DNA from: Eledone cirrhosa
Lineage: Eukaryota
Assembly (NCBI GenBank): GCA_964016885.1
Contig: OZ024740.1
Location: 50,158,001-50,222,000 of the forward strand
Reading direction: 5' to 3'
Length of the DNA: 64,000 nt
In this document: one piece after another, positions 48,948 through 64,000 of the stretch
How positions within the stretch are numbered: the first letter of the stretch is position 1
How the letters are laid out: each line of letters opens with the position of its first letter
Notes under the pieces: model-generated
Told to the model about the DNA's origin: nothing
What the model saw: the letters and a program-made list of their open reading frames with translations, nothing else
Databases searched by the model: none
Translations under genes and position numbers: made by a program

Positions 48948-49283
48948 GTGTGTGTATCCCACATATGTGTGTGTGTAAATATGTTTGTACACACTTACCT
49001 GTACATACAGGCAGGCATGGAAATGTGTATCTATACATGTATATCTAGTTGCAATGATGTGATAGAACTAATTTTCTGGTCCACTGAGCGAAACAATAAA
49101 CAAGGGATGTCTCCTGCCTTCTGTTCGAGTAGGTGTGTAGGGGAGTCCATAGTTATAATAGTCTCTTAGTCTACAGATATATACCTAGAAGATACCTCTC
49201 AAAATAACTAACTACACACTTGTGTATTAACTTTGCCACATACGCACACACACTCACACACACACGCACATACAGACACACAC

Positions 49284-49654
<371 letters not shown>

Positions 49655-49817
49655 GCATATATATAAACACATATATAAGCGTGATATTAAAAGACATTGT
49701 GTCTTTGATTCTCTGTGCTTGTGTTGTCATTTCTTTAACTATACATACATACATACATACATACATACATACATACATACATACATACATACATACATAC
49801 ATACATACATACATACA

Positions 49818-50424
49818 TGGTGGCTGCCAACTCGTTTTCGAGTACGGCCACTACTTTATATCCATGTAGGAGAACCCCTACCGATGCGCTGAACGAGTGT
49901 GACTTTTTAGTCCAGCCAGCGACTTGAAAACTCTGGTACAAACACTACACGTGTGACAATTATTGACACATAGTGCTGGGCCCATGGTACCATGTGACGA
50001 CAAGTGCAGAGAGATCTCCAGATACAAAGCAATGCCTGTGCCGTGAAGCTTTTATATTGAACAAAGGCACTGCACAAAGCCAGTCCCACTCTCTTAACCA
50101 AGATGATATTTACCAAAAAGAAGAACAAGTCAACATCATTGGATACCATCAGGGTTGCAGATGTTATATCAGAGTTTTCCTTCTCCTAGAATTCTGCCTT
50201 GACAAAGGCTAAGGGGTCATCTCTCCCGGTGATTTTGGAAGGCCATTGACTCTTAAGAGCTACTTTGCTCTTTGACAGGTTTTGTTTTTAGTCCTGCAGG
50301 ATGTCCAAAGTCACCCTCCTCACCAAGAAACCTTGGTGGGGTTGCCAGTTTAGTCGCCAACGACCCGACCATGAGACAGGTTGTACTGGGATACATGTTA
50401 CCAGTAGCACCAACTGGTGACCTG
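49818..50424 (-). mobile_element. Full 607-bp RTE-derived element, fourth copy
   Basis: Same ends and length as 46484-47090, with (CATA)n on both sides. Confidence 0.8.
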
Positions 50425-50672
50425 ACATACATACATACATACATACATACATACATACATACATACATACATACATACATGCATACATACATATATGCAT
50501 ACATACATACATACATACATACATACATACATACATACATACATACATACATGCATACATACATATATGCATACATACATACATACATACATACATACAT
50601 ACATACATGCATACATACATACATACATACATGCATACATACATATATGCATACACACACACACACACAGAG

Positions 50673-50799
<127 letters not shown>

Positions 50800-50839
50800 G
50801 ATATTAAGCGAATGGAAACTATATTTATAAAACCATATT

Positions 50840-50905
50840 TATTTCATTATACATATTTCGGGGATACCATATTAAAAATATGGCATGCCTTCGTCAGATA
50901 AAATA
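50840..50905 (-). ncRNA. Minimal hammerhead ribozyme, family A
   Basis: TATTTTAT-CTGACGA-AGGCATGCCATATT..AATATGGTATCCCC-GAAA-TATGTA-TA-ATGAAATA. Confidence 0.8.
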
Positions 50906-51365
50906 CAATATATAAACAGTTTTATAAATAATTTTGACGTACCATAAATATGAGCGACCATTATGCAGGAAGCTGGTTTATATATATATATATATAAAAA
51001 ACAAGAGAGCGAACAGAAATGATTTTTATAGGCAGGTCCGTTTCGTTCTCTTTAGATTGGATTGTGTCGGAAACGTAACCTTATTACATAAGATTATTGT
51101 CTGAGGATATCACGTGACTGGTTGTATGACTAAACTGTCACGTAGCCACGATCGTCATTGAAATATGCATCACAGCTTTGTTAAAGTATTTTTAACATCT
51201 ACACCGAACTTGGCATTTTCCTTATTCTACATATATTCCATCACTGACTGACGAATCTTATTTGGAAGAAAACACAGGCGTTGAGTGCTTAAATTGAATT
51301 GCATCATTATTTACTGATTGGTGGGTTGCATACACAACCCCGATTACTCAACATGTTTACCGTAA

Positions 51366-51408
<43 letters not shown>

Positions 51409-51490
51409 AAATCTATGGGTGGGTGGGAAATATCCTAAGAAATATCTGCAAGATAAATACATATACTGTACAGTCACATATATGTAATAT

Positions 51491-51669
51491 AATTGTTTCT
51501 ACTTTTGGCACAAGGCCAGCAAATACCCAGTGCATTACTGGTACTTTATTTTATCGACCCCGTAAGGATGAAAGGCAAAGTTAACCTCGGCGGGATTTGA
51601 ACTCAGATCATAAAGGGAGGTAACTCTATGCTTCAAAGCATGGCGTCCGACCCTCTACCGATACTGCCA
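51491..51669 (-). mobile_element. SINE family 1 copy
   Basis: Consensus match. Further fragments at ~52195-52270 and 52506-52591. Confidence 0.85.
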
Positions 51670-52955
51670 TAACTAATGTTATACTTGTAATTAGCAAGAA
51701 AAAGATTCCTTATATGTATGTTTAAAATGCAAAAACAAGCAAGAAAAATAATTTTAATAAAATCAGCTATTCCAAGATTTAAAAAAAAACAGTGTAGTTC
51801 TGGTTGTATTTTGTCTTTAACTCTTAACGTCCTGTGTCACATGAAACCGCATTAGCAAGACACTCTTAAAATGTATAAAACAGCACTATAACTGCACGAC
51901 ATTAAACATTAAATTCTCTACTCTATCACTGTAAATTTTCATACGTTAGAAGAGATACTGTAAACATTTGAACTAACAAATCCATTTTTAAATGGTATGG
52001 TAAGGACCCGTAACTCTTGAGGTGTCGTAGGGGCGCCATATTGACACACGGCGTTTCTAGGGCATTTTTAAAACCTGACGGAGCCCATCTTCTCTCCAGA
52101 CCTGAATACAGCACATTTCTTCCAGATAAGGATCGAGAGAGTGTGAGAGAAAGGAAGTGAGAAAGAAATATAGAAGAAAATCAACCTCAGTTCATGACTG
52201 GTATTTTTTTATCGACCATGAATGGAAGAAAGGCAAAGTCGACCTCGGCGGGATTTGATCTCAGAGAGCAGAGAGCCAAATCGCCGCCTCCATTTTTGAA
52301 TATTTTCTGATAAATCTTTACACGATGTAAAAAGTTAAAATCAACTGATGAAGGATCATGATTATTACTGCCATCATATTTATTTAACAGCCACATTTTA
52401 GTTATCCTTTTGAAGTGAGTAGGTACATATACATGAAGGCTGCTTTCAACAGTTGTTTGCTGGCTTTTACCATTTAATATCTCTCGAATAGCAGCAAGTT
52501 ATTACGAGGTTAACTTTACCTTTCATCCTTACGAGGTCGGTAAAATAAAGTACCAGTAATGCACTGGTGTAATTGCTGGCCTTGTGCCAAAATTTGACAC
52601 AATCATCTGTAGGTGTGGTCCTTACACTAATTGGTCTAAAATACTGGGGATTCCAAACAAACATGTGCCTTCATTGTTACTACATGGTAGGATATGTGTC
52701 TGTGTGTGAGTCTGCATGTATGGTTTTTGTGTGTAGGTGTGTGCATGCGTATATATATATGTGTGTGTGCGTGAGTGTGTGTGGTTGGGTGTAATTTCTC
52801 TCTTAGTTCTTAGATGTAACAAATCCCTAGACCACTGAACAGTTGTTTAAAAAGGCAAGATAGGAGCGTATAAGTCCCTGAATAAATACATACCCACATA
52901 ACTATATCAATACACACACATACACATACATGTATATGCATATATATATATATAT

Positions 52956-53125
52956 AACAAAGAGGGTGTGGTAAGATACCAGATGGACCATAACGCACCA
53001 GAGTACTCAATACTTAGGGTAGTAGAGTGGGTAATTGGATAATAGGAAAAAAGTCAGGATCCTAGTTCGGATCTAGTTGTCGAAACGGCCAGAGTTCAAC
53101 CGTCGAGGTCCTGACATTTTTTCTA
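52956..53125. mobile_element. Diverged family H element, copy 4
   Basis: Same tail (GGACCATAACGCACCAGAGTACTCAATACTTAGGGTAG). The right arm keeps GAAA-CGG..CCG-TC-GAGGTC, and most of the left arm is deleted. Confidence 0.7.
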
Positions 53126-53158
53126 TATATATATATGTATGTGTGTGTGTGTGTGTGT

Positions 53159-53222
<64 letters not shown>

Positions 53223-53389
53223 CGTGTATGTGTGTGTGTATGTTTGTGTGTATATGTGTGTGTATGTCTGTGTGTGTGTTTGAGTGTGTATTTGTGGACA
53301 TCGAATACATCCCGGGTGTATTCAATGTCTCTGATGATATAATGTTTGTCCTAAACACCTAACAGATAGAAATAGGTAGAATAATTTTG

Positions 53390-56300
53390 CTTTCCACTAT
53401 ACCATCTTCCCTATACCATCTTCCCTACACCAGCTTCCCTATATCATCTTCCCTACACCAGCTTCCCTACACCATCTTCCCTATACCATCTTCCCGATAC
53501 AATCTTCCCTACACCAGCTTCCCTATACCATCTTCCCTATACCATCTACCCTACACCATCTTCCCGACAACATTTTCCCTACACCAGCTTCCCTACACCA
53601 TCTTCCCTACACCATCTTCCCTACACCAGCTTCCCTATACCATCTTCCCTACACCATCTTCCCTACACCATCTTCCCTATACCATCTTCCCTATACCATC
53701 TTCCCTACACCAGCTTCCCTGCACCATCTTCCCGACACCATCTTCCCTACACCGGCTTCCCTACACCATCTTCCCTACACCATCTTCCCTACACCAGCTT
53801 CCCTATACCATCTTCCCTACACCATCTTCCCTACACCATCTTCGCTAAACCATCTTCCCTACACCATCTTCCCTACACCAGCTTCCCTACACCATCTTCC
53901 CTACACCATCTTCCCTACACCAACTTCCCTATACCATCTTCCCTATACCATCTTCCTACACCATCTACCCTATACCATCTTCCTACACCATCTTCCCTAT
54001 ACCATCTACCCTATACCATCTTCCCTACACCAGCTTCCCTATACCATCTTCCCTATACCATCATCCCTATACCATCTTCCCTACACAAGCTTCACTACAC
54101 CAGCTTCCCTACACCATCTTCCCTATACCATCTTCCCTACACCATCTTCCCTACAGGAGCTTCCCTACACCATCTTCCCTACACCATTTTCCCTATACCA
54201 TCTTCCCTATACCATCTTCCCTATCCCATCTTCACTATACATCTTCCCTACACCATCTTCCCTATACCATCTTCCTACACCATCTTCCCTATACCATCTT
54301 CCCTATACCATCTTCCCTACACCAGCTTCCCTACACCAGCTTCATTATACCATCTGCCCTACACCATCTTCCCTATACCATCTTCCTATACCATCTTCCC
54401 TACACCATCTTCCCTATACCATCTTCCTACACCATCTTCCCTATACCATCTTCCATATACCATCTTCCCTACACCAGCTTCCCTACACCATCTTCCCTAC
54501 ACCATCTTCCCTACACCAGCTTCCCTATACCATCTTCCCTACACCATCTTCCCTACACCATCTTCCCTACACCAGCTTCCCTATACCGGCTTCCCTACAC
54601 CAGATTCCCTACACCAGCTTCCCTACACCATCTTCCCTACACCATCTTCCCTACACCAGCTTCCCTATACCATCTTCCCTACACCATCTTCCCTACACCA
54701 TCTTCCCTACACCATCTTCCCTACACCATCTTCCCTACACCATCTTCCCTACACCATCTTCCCTACACCAGCTTCCCTATACCAGCTTCTCTACACCATC
54801 TTCCCTACACCATCTTCCCTACACCATCTTCCCTACACCAGCTTCCCTACACCAGCTTCCCTATACCATCTTCCCTATACCAGCTTCCCTACACCAGCTT
54901 CCCTACACCAGCTTCCCTATACCATCTTCCCTATACCATCTTCCCTACACCATCTTCCCTATACCAGCTTCCCTACACCAGCTTCCCTACACCAGCTTCC
55001 CTATACCATCTTCCCTATACCATCTTCCCTACACCATATTCCCTACACCATCTTCCCTACACCAGCTTCCCTATACCATCTTCCCTATACCATCTTCCCT
55101 ATACCATCTTCCCTATACCATCTTCCCTACACCAGCTTCCCTATACCATCTTCCCTATACCATCATCCCTATACCATCTTCCCTACACCAGCTTCCCTAC
55201 ACCAGCTTCCCTACATCATCTTCCCTATACCATCTTCCCTACACCATCTTCCCTACAGGAGCTTCCCTACACCATCTTCCCTACACCATTTTCCCTATAC
55301 CATCTTCCCTATACCATCTTCCCTATACCATCTTCACTATACATCTTCCCTACACCATCTTCCCTATACCATCTTCCTACACCATCTTCCCTATACCATC
55401 TTCCCTATACCATCTTCCCTACACCATCTTCCCTACACCAGCTTCATTATACCATCTGCCCTACACCATCTTCCCTATACCATCTTCCTACAGCATCTTC
55501 CCTATACCATCTTCCCTATACCATCTTCCCTACACCAGCTTCCCTACACCAGCTTCATTATACCATCTGCCCTACACCATCTTCCCTATACCATCTTGCT
55601 ATATCATCTTCCCTACACCAGCTTCCCTATACCATCTTCCTACACCATCTTCCCTATACCATCTTCCCTATACCATCTTCCCTACACCAGCTTCCCTACA
55701 CCATCTTCCAGACACCATCTTCCCTACAACAGCTTCCCTACACCATCTTCCCTACACCATCTTCCCTACACCAGCTTCCCTATACCGGCTTCCCTACACC
55801 AGCTTCCCTACACCAGCTTCCCTACACCATCTTCCCTACACCATCTTCCCTACACCAGCTTCCCTATACCATCTTCCCTACACCATCTTCGCTACACCAT
55901 CTTCCCTACACCATCTTCCCTACACCATCTTCCCTACACCATCTTCCCTACACCATCTTCCCTACACCAGCTTCCCTATACAAGCTTCTCTACACCATCT
56001 TCCCTACACCATCTTCCCTACACCAGCTTCCCTACACCAGCTTCCCTATACCATCTTCCCTATACCAGCTTCCCTACACCAGCTTCCCTACACCAGCTTC
56101 CCTATACCATCTTCCCTATACCAGCTTCCCTACACCAGCTTCCCTACACCATCTTCCCTACACCATCTTCCCTACACCAGCTTCCCTATACCAGCTTCCC
56201 TACACCAGCTTCCCTACACCATCTTCCCTACACCAGCTTCCCTATACCATCTTCCCTATACCAGCTTCCCTACACCAGCTTCCCTACACCAGCTTCCCTA

Positions 56301-59300
56301 TACCATCTTCCCTACACCATCTTCCCTACACCATCTTCCCTACACCAGCTTCCCTATACCATCTTCCCTATACCTTCTTCCCTACACCAGCTTCCCTACA
56401 CCATCTTCCCGACACCATCTTCCCTACACCAGCTTCCCTACACCATCTTCCCTACACCATCTTCCCTACACCAGCTTCTCTATACCATCTTCACTACACC
56501 ATCTTCCCTACACCATCTTCCCTACACCAGCTTCCCTACACCATCTTCCCTACACCATCTTCCCTACACCATATTTCCTACACCAGCTTCCCTACACCAG
56601 CTTCCCTATACCATCTTCCCTATACCATCATCCCTATACCATCTTCCCTACACCAGCTTCCCTACACCAGCTTCCCTACACCATCTTCCCTACACCAACT
56701 TCCCTATACCATCTTCCCTATACCATCTTCCTACACCATCTACCCTATACCATCTTCCTACACCATCTTCCCTATACCATCTTCCCTATACCATCTTCCC
56801 TATACCATCTTCCCTATACCATCTTCCCTACACCAGCTTCCCTATATCATCTTCCCTATACCATCATCCCTATACCATCTTCCCTACACCAGCTTCCCTA
56901 CACCAGCTTCCCTACACCATCTTCCCTATACCATCTTCCCTACACCATCTTCCCTACAGGAGCTTCCCTACACCATCTTCCCTACACCATTTTCCCTATA
57001 CCATCTTCCCTATACCATCTTCCCTATACCATCTTCACTATACCATCTTCCCTACACCATCTTCCCTATACCATCTTCCTACACCATCTTCCCTATACCA
57101 TCTTCCCTATACCATCTTCCCTACACCATCTTCCCTACACCATCTTCCCTATACCATCTTCCCTATACCAGCTTCCTACACCATCTTCCCTATACCATCT
57201 TCCCTACACCAGCTTCCCTACACCAGCTTCATTATACCATCTGCCCTACACCATCTTCCCTATACCATCTTCCTACACCATCTTCCCTATACCATCTTCC
57301 CTACACCAGCTTCCCTACACCAGCTTCATTATACCATCTGCCCTACACCATCTTCCCTATACCATCTTCCTATACCATCTTGCCTACACCAGCTTCCCTA
57401 TACCATCTTCCTACACCATCTTCCCTATACCATCTTCCCTATACCATCTTCCCTACACCAGCTTCCCTACACCATCTTCCCTACACCATCTTCCCTACAC
57501 CAGCTTCCCTATACCATCTTCCCTACACCATCTTCCCTACACCATCTTCCCTACACCAGCTTCCCTGTACCATCTTCCCTACACCATCTTCCCTACACCA
57601 TCTTCCCTACACCAGCTTCCCTATACCATCTTCCCTATACCATCTTCCCTACACCAGCTTCCCTACACCATCTTCCCGACACCATCTTCCCCACACCAGC
57701 TTCCCTACACCATCTTCCCTACACCATCTTCCCTACACCAGCTTCCCTATACCATCTTCCCTACACCATCTTCCCTACACCATCCTCCCTACACCAGCTT
57801 CCCTACACCATCTTCCCTACACCATCTTCCCTATACCATCTTCCCTATACCAGCTTCCCTACACCATCTTCCCTACACCAGCTTCCCTACACCATCTTCC
57901 CTACACCATCTTCCCTATACCATCTTCCCTATACCAGCTTCCCTACACCATCTTCCCTACACCATCTTCCCTATACCATCTTCCTACACCATCTTCCCTA
58001 TACCATCTTCCCTACACCATCTTCCCTACACCAGCTTCCCTACACCATCTTCCCTACACCATCTTCCCTATACCATCTTCCCTATACCAGCTTCCCTACA
58101 CCATCTTCCCTACACCATCTTCCCTATACCAGCTTCCTACACCATCTTCCCTATACCATCTTCCCTACACCAGCTTCATTATACCATCTGCCCTACACCA
58201 TCTTCCCTATAACATCTTCCTACACCATCTTCCCTATACCATCTTCCCTACACCAGCTTCCCTACACCAGCTTCATTATACCATCTGCCCTACACCATCT
58301 TCCCTATACCATCTTCCTATACCATCTTCCCTACACCAGCTTCCCTATACCATCTTCCTACACCACCTTCCCTATACCATCTTCCCTACACCATCTTCCC
58401 TACACCAGCTTCCCTATACCATCTTCCCTACACCATCCTCCTACACCAGCTTCCCTATACCAGTTTCCCTACACCATCTTCCCTACACCATCTTCCCTAC
58501 ACCACCTTCCCTATACCATCTTCCCTACACCAGCTTCCCTACGCCATCTTCCCTACACCACCTTCCCTATACCATCTTCCCTACACCATCTTCCCTACAC
58601 CAGCTTCCCTATACCACCTTCCCTACACCAGCTTCCCTACACCAGCTTCCCTACACAATCTTCCCTATACCATCTTCCCTACACCATCTTCCCTACACCA
58701 TCTGCCCTACACCAGCTTCACTACACCTGCTTCCCTACACCAGCTTCCCTACACCAGCTTCCCTACACCATCTTCCCTACACCATCTTCCTACACCAGCT
58801 TCCCTACACCATCTTCCCTACACCAGCTTCACTACACCAGCTTCCCTATACCACCTTCCCTCCACCAGCTTCCCTACACCATCTTCCCTACACCATCTTC
58901 CCTACACCAGCTTCCCTACACCAGCTTCCCTATACCATCTTCCCTACACCATCTTCCCTACACCATCTTCCCTACACCATCTTCCCTACACCATCTTCCC
59001 TACACCAGCTTCCCTATACCATCTTCCCTATACCACCTTCCCTACACCAGCTTCCCTACACCATCTTCCCTACACCATCTACCCTACACCATCTTCCCTA
59101 CACCAGCTTCACTACACCTGCTTCCCTACACCAGCTTCCCTATACCATCTTCCCTACACCATCTTCCCTACACCAGCTTCCCTAAACCATCTACCCTACA
59201 CCATCTTCCCTATACCATCTTCCCTACACCATCTTCCCTATACCATCTTCCCTATACCACCTTCCCTACACCAGCTTCCCTACACCATCTTCCCTACACC

Positions 59301-62300
59301 ATCTTCCCTACACCAGCTTCCCTATACCAGCTTCCCTATATCAGCTTCACTACACCATCTTCCCTACACCATTCTCCCTAATCCATCTTCCCTACACCAG
59401 CTTCCCTATACCATCTTCCCTATACCATCTTCCCTATACCACCTTCCCTACACCAGCTTCCCTACACCATCTTCCCTACACCATCATCCCTACACCATCT
59501 TCCCTACACCATTCTCCTTACACCATCTTCCCTACACCATCTTCCCTACACCATCTTCCCTACACCACCTTCCCTACACCATCTTCCCTATACCATCTTC
59601 CCTATACCATCTTCCCTATACCATCTTCCCTACACCAGCTTCCCTACACCATCTTCCCTATACCATCTTCCCTACACCATCTTCCCTATACCATCTTCCT
59701 ACACCGTCTTCCCTACACCATCTTCCCTATACCAGCTTCCCTATACCATCTTCCCTATACCATCTTCCCTACACCATCTTCCCTACACCATCTTCCCTAT
59801 ACCAGCTTCCCTATACCATCTTCCCTATACCATCTTCCCTACACCAGCTTCCCTACACCAGCTTCCCTGCACCATCTTCCCTATACCAGCTTCCCTACAC
59901 CATCTTCCCTATACCATCTTCCCTATACCAGCTGCCCTACACCAGCTTCCCTACACCATCTTCCCTATACCATCTTCCCTATACCATATTCCCTATACCA
60001 CCTTCCCTATACCAGCTTCCCTACACCAGCTTCCCTACACCATCTTCCCTACACCAGCTTCCCTACACCAGCTTCCCTATACCAGCTTCCCTACACCATC
60101 TTCCCTATACCATCTTCCCTACACCAGCTTCCCTACACCAGCTTCCCTATACCAGCTTTCCTACACCATCTTCCCTATACCAGCTCCCTACACCAGCTTC
60201 CCTCCACCATCTTCCCTATACCACCTTCCCCACACCAGCTTCCCTATACCATCTTCCCTACACCATCTTCACTATACCATCTTCCCTACACCAGCTTCCC
60301 TATACCATCTTCCCTACACCATCTTCCCTACACCATCTTCCCCACACCATCTTCCCTACACCATCTTCCCTACACCAGCTTCACTACACCTGCTTCCCTA
60401 CACCAGTTTCCCTACACCAGCTTCCCTACACCAGCTTCCCTACACCAGCTTCCCTACACCATCTTCCCTACACCAGCTTCCCTACACCATCTTCCCTATA
60501 CCATCTTCCCTACACCAGCTTCCCTATACCATCTTCCCTATACCATTTTCAGTACACCAGCTTCACTACACCAGCTTCCCTATACCATCTTCCCTATACC
60601 ATCTTCCCTATACCATCTTCCCTATACCATCTTCCCTATACCATCTTCCCTACACCATCTTCCCTACACCAGCTTCCCTACACCATTTTCCCTATACCAT
60701 CTTCCCTATACCATCTTCCCTATACCATCTTCCCTATACCATTTTCCCTACACCAGCTTCCCTATACCATCTTCCCTACACCATCTTCCCTACACCAGCT
60801 TCCCTATACCACCTTCCCTACACCATCTTCCCTACACCAGCTTCCCTCTACCATCTTCCCTACACCATCTTCCCTACACCATCTTCCCTACACCAGCTTC
60901 CCTATACTATCTTCCCTACACCAACTTCCCTATACCATCTTCCCTACACCATCTTCCCTACACCTTCTTCCCTACACCATCTTCCCTACACCATCTTCCC
61001 TACACCATCTTCCCTACACCAGCTTCCCTACACCATCTTCCCTACACCAGCTTCCCTATACCATCTTCGCTACACCATCTTCCCTACACCATCTTCCCCA
61101 CACCATCTTCCCTACACCATCTTCCCTACACCAGCTTCACTACACCTGCTTCCCTACACCAGTTTCCCTACACCAGCTTCCCTACACCAGCTTCCCTACA
61201 CCAGCTTCCCTACACCATCTTCCCTATACCATCTTCCTACACGATCTACCCTATACCATCTTCCTACACCATCTTCCCTACACCATCTTCCCTACACCAG
61301 CTTCCCTACACCATCTTCCCTATACCATCTTCCCTACACCATCTTCCCTACACCATCTTCCCTACACCAGCTTCACTACACCTGCTTCCCTACACCAGCT
61401 TCCCTACACCAGCTTCCCTACACCATCTTCCCTACACCATCTTCCTACACCAGCTTCCCTACACCATCTTGCCTACACCAGCTTCACTACACCAGATTCC
61501 CTATACCACCTTCCCTACACCAGCTTCCCTACACCATCTTCCCTACACCATCTTCCCTACACCAGCTTCCCTACACCAGCTTCCCTATACCATCTTCCCT
61601 ACACCATCTTCCCTACACCATCTTCCCTACACCATCTTCCCTACACCATCTTCCCTACACCAGCTTCCCTATACCATCTTCCCTATACCACATTCCCTAC
61701 ACCAGCTTCCCTACACCATCTTCCCTACACCATCTTCCCTACACCAGCTTCCCTACACCATCTACCCTACACCATCTTCCCTATACCATCTCCCCTACAC
61801 CATCTTCCCTATACCATCTTCCCTATACCACCTTCCCTACACCAGCTTCCCTACACCATCTTCCCTACACTATCTTCCCTACACCATCTTCCCTACACCA
61901 TTCTCCCTACACCATCTTCCCTACACCATCTTCCCTACACCATCTTCCCTACACCACCTTCCCTACACCATCTTCCCTATACCATCTTCCCTATACCATC
62001 TTCCCTATACCATCTTCCCTACACCAGCTTCCCTACACCATCTTCCCTATACCATCTTCCCTACACCATCTTCCCTATACCATCTTCCTACACCGTCTTC
62101 CCTACACCATCTTCCCTATACCAGCTTCCCTATACCATCTTCCCTATACCATCTTCCCTACACCATCTTCCCTACACCATCTTCCCTATACCAGCTTCCC
62201 TACACCATCTTCCCTATACCATCTTCCCTACACCAGCTTCCCTACACCAGCTTCCCTGCACCATCTTCCCTATACCAGCTTCCCTACACCATCTTCCCTA

Positions 62301-64000
62301 CACCATCTTCCTACACCAGCTTCCCTACACCATCTTCCCTACACCAGCTTCACTACACCAGCTTCCCTATACCATCTTCCCTACACCATCTTCCCTACAC
62401 CATCTTCCCTATACCACCTTCCCTATACCAGCTTCCCTATACCAGCTTCCCTACACCATCTTCCCTATACCATCTTCCCTGCACCAGCTTCCCTGCACCA
62501 TCTTCCCTACACCAGCTTCCCTACACCAGCTTCCCTATACCAGCTTTCCTACACCATCTTCCCTATACCAGCTCCCTACACCATCTTCCCTATACCATCT
62601 TCCCTACACCAGCTTCCCTCCACCATCTTCCCTATACCACCTTCCCCACACCAGCTTCCCTATACCATCTTCCCTACACCATCTTCACTATACCATCTTC
62701 CCTACACCAGCTTCCCTATACCATCTTCCCTACACCATCTTCCCTACACCATCTTCCCCACACCATCTTCCCTACACCATCTTCCCTACACCAGCTTCAC
62801 TACACCTGCTTCCCTACACCAGTTTCCCTACACCAGCTTCCCTACACCAGCTTCCCTACACCAGCTTCCCTACACCATCTTCCCGATACCATCTTCCTAC
62901 ACGATCTACCCTATACCATCTTCCTACACCATCTTCCCTACACCATCTTCCCTACACCAGCTTCACCACACCATCTTCCCTATACCATCTTCCCTACACC
63001 AGCTTCCCTACACCATCTTCCCTATACCATCTTCCCTACACCAGCTTCCCTATACCATCTTCCCTATACCATTTTCAGTACACCAGCTTCACTACACCAG
63101 CTTCCCTATACCATCTTCCCTATACCATCTTCCCTATACCATATTCCCTATACCATCTTCCCTATACCATCTTCCCTACACCATCTTCCCTACACCAGCT
63201 TCCCTATACCATCTTCCCTACACCATCTTCCCTACACCAGCTTCCCTCTACCATCTTCCCTATACCATCTTCCCTATACCATCTTCCCTATACCATCTTC
63301 CCTATACCATCTTCCCTACACTAGCTTCCCTATACCATCTTCCCTACACCATCTTCCCTACACCAGCTTCCCTATACCACCTTCCCTACACCATCTTCCC
63401 TACACCATCTTCCCTACACCAGCTTCCCTCTACCATTTTCCCTACACCAGCTTCCCTATACCATCTTCCCTACACCATCTTCCCTACACCATCTTCCCCA
63501 CACCATCTTCCCTACACCATCTTCCCTACACCAGCTTCACTACACCTGCTTCCCTACACCAGCTTCCCTACACCAGCTTCCCTACACCAGCTTCCCTACA
63601 CCAGCTTCCCTACACCATCTTCCCTATACCATCTTCCTACACGATCTACCCTATACCATCTTCCTACACCATCTTCCCTACACCATCTTCCCTACACCAG
63701 CTTCCCTACACCATCTTCCCTATACCATCTTCCCTACACCAGCTTCCCTACACCATCTTCCCTATACCATCTTCCCTACACCAGCTTCCCTATACCATCT
63801 TCCCTATACCATTTTCAGTACACCAGCTTCACTACACCAGCTTCCCTATACCATCTTCCCTATACCATCTTCCCTATACCATCTTCCCTATACCATCTTC
63901 CCTATACCATCTTCCCTACACCATCTTCCCTACACCAGCTTCCCTATACCATCTTCCTTACACCATCTTCCCTACACCAGCTTCCCTACACCATTTTCCC
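53390..64000. repeat. 15-bp tandem satellite CCA[T/G]CTTCCCTA[C/T]A
   Basis: Uninterrupted units with occasional 14-bp variants. The array runs off the right edge. Confidence 0.98.

Noticed and set aside
49050-49092. ATGATGT...CTGA resembling a C/D snoRNA
   Set aside because: Box C is imperfect, the segment is too short, and there is no host gene or guide evidence.
51096-51175. CTGAGGA...GAAA-TATGCA-TC-ACAG
   Set aside because: Stem II does not close and stem I is weak. At best a decayed HHR.
51926-52114. 62-aa non-repetitive ORF as a possible host exon
   Set aside because: No recognisable domain, partner exons or convincing splice context.
55596-59381. 1261-aa and 601-aa P/S/L/H/Y/T-rich ORFs
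   Set aside because: A 15-bp unit is stop-free in all plus-strand frames. The same peptides alternate between frames at 14-bp variants, so these are satellite artefacts.

Overview
This is eukaryotic, AT-rich, repeat-saturated DNA with no recognisable host gene. The SINE types and long (TA)n/(CATA)n tracts suggest an octopus-like cephalopod (inference). Two satellite arrays bracket the window: a 27-bp unit at 1-12140 and a 15-bp unit at ~53390-64000. All long ORFs in those arrays are artefacts. The ~41-kb island between them is a nest of retroelements inserted mostly in microsatellites: one near full-length and several truncated Penelope-like elements (PLEs; RT plus C-terminal GIY-YIG), two R4/Dong-like RLE LINEs, CRE-like, RTE and L1/Tx1 fragments, a 607-bp bipartite RTE derivative (4 copies), tRNA-derived SINEs and a hAT relic. 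The hidden layer is RNA structure. I read about 19 hammerhead-ribozyme (HHR) motifs in about 7 sequence families, most with palindromic minimal stem III, and two families carry non-canonical cores (CAGAAGA, CUGAUUA). Many PLE terminal repeats occur as fold-back palindromes. In two families the hairpin apex lies exactly on the inferred HHR stem II and the CUGANGA half is lost, which suggests that the ribozyme hairpin primes cDNA snap-back. All folds were read by eye and none is experimentally confirmed.
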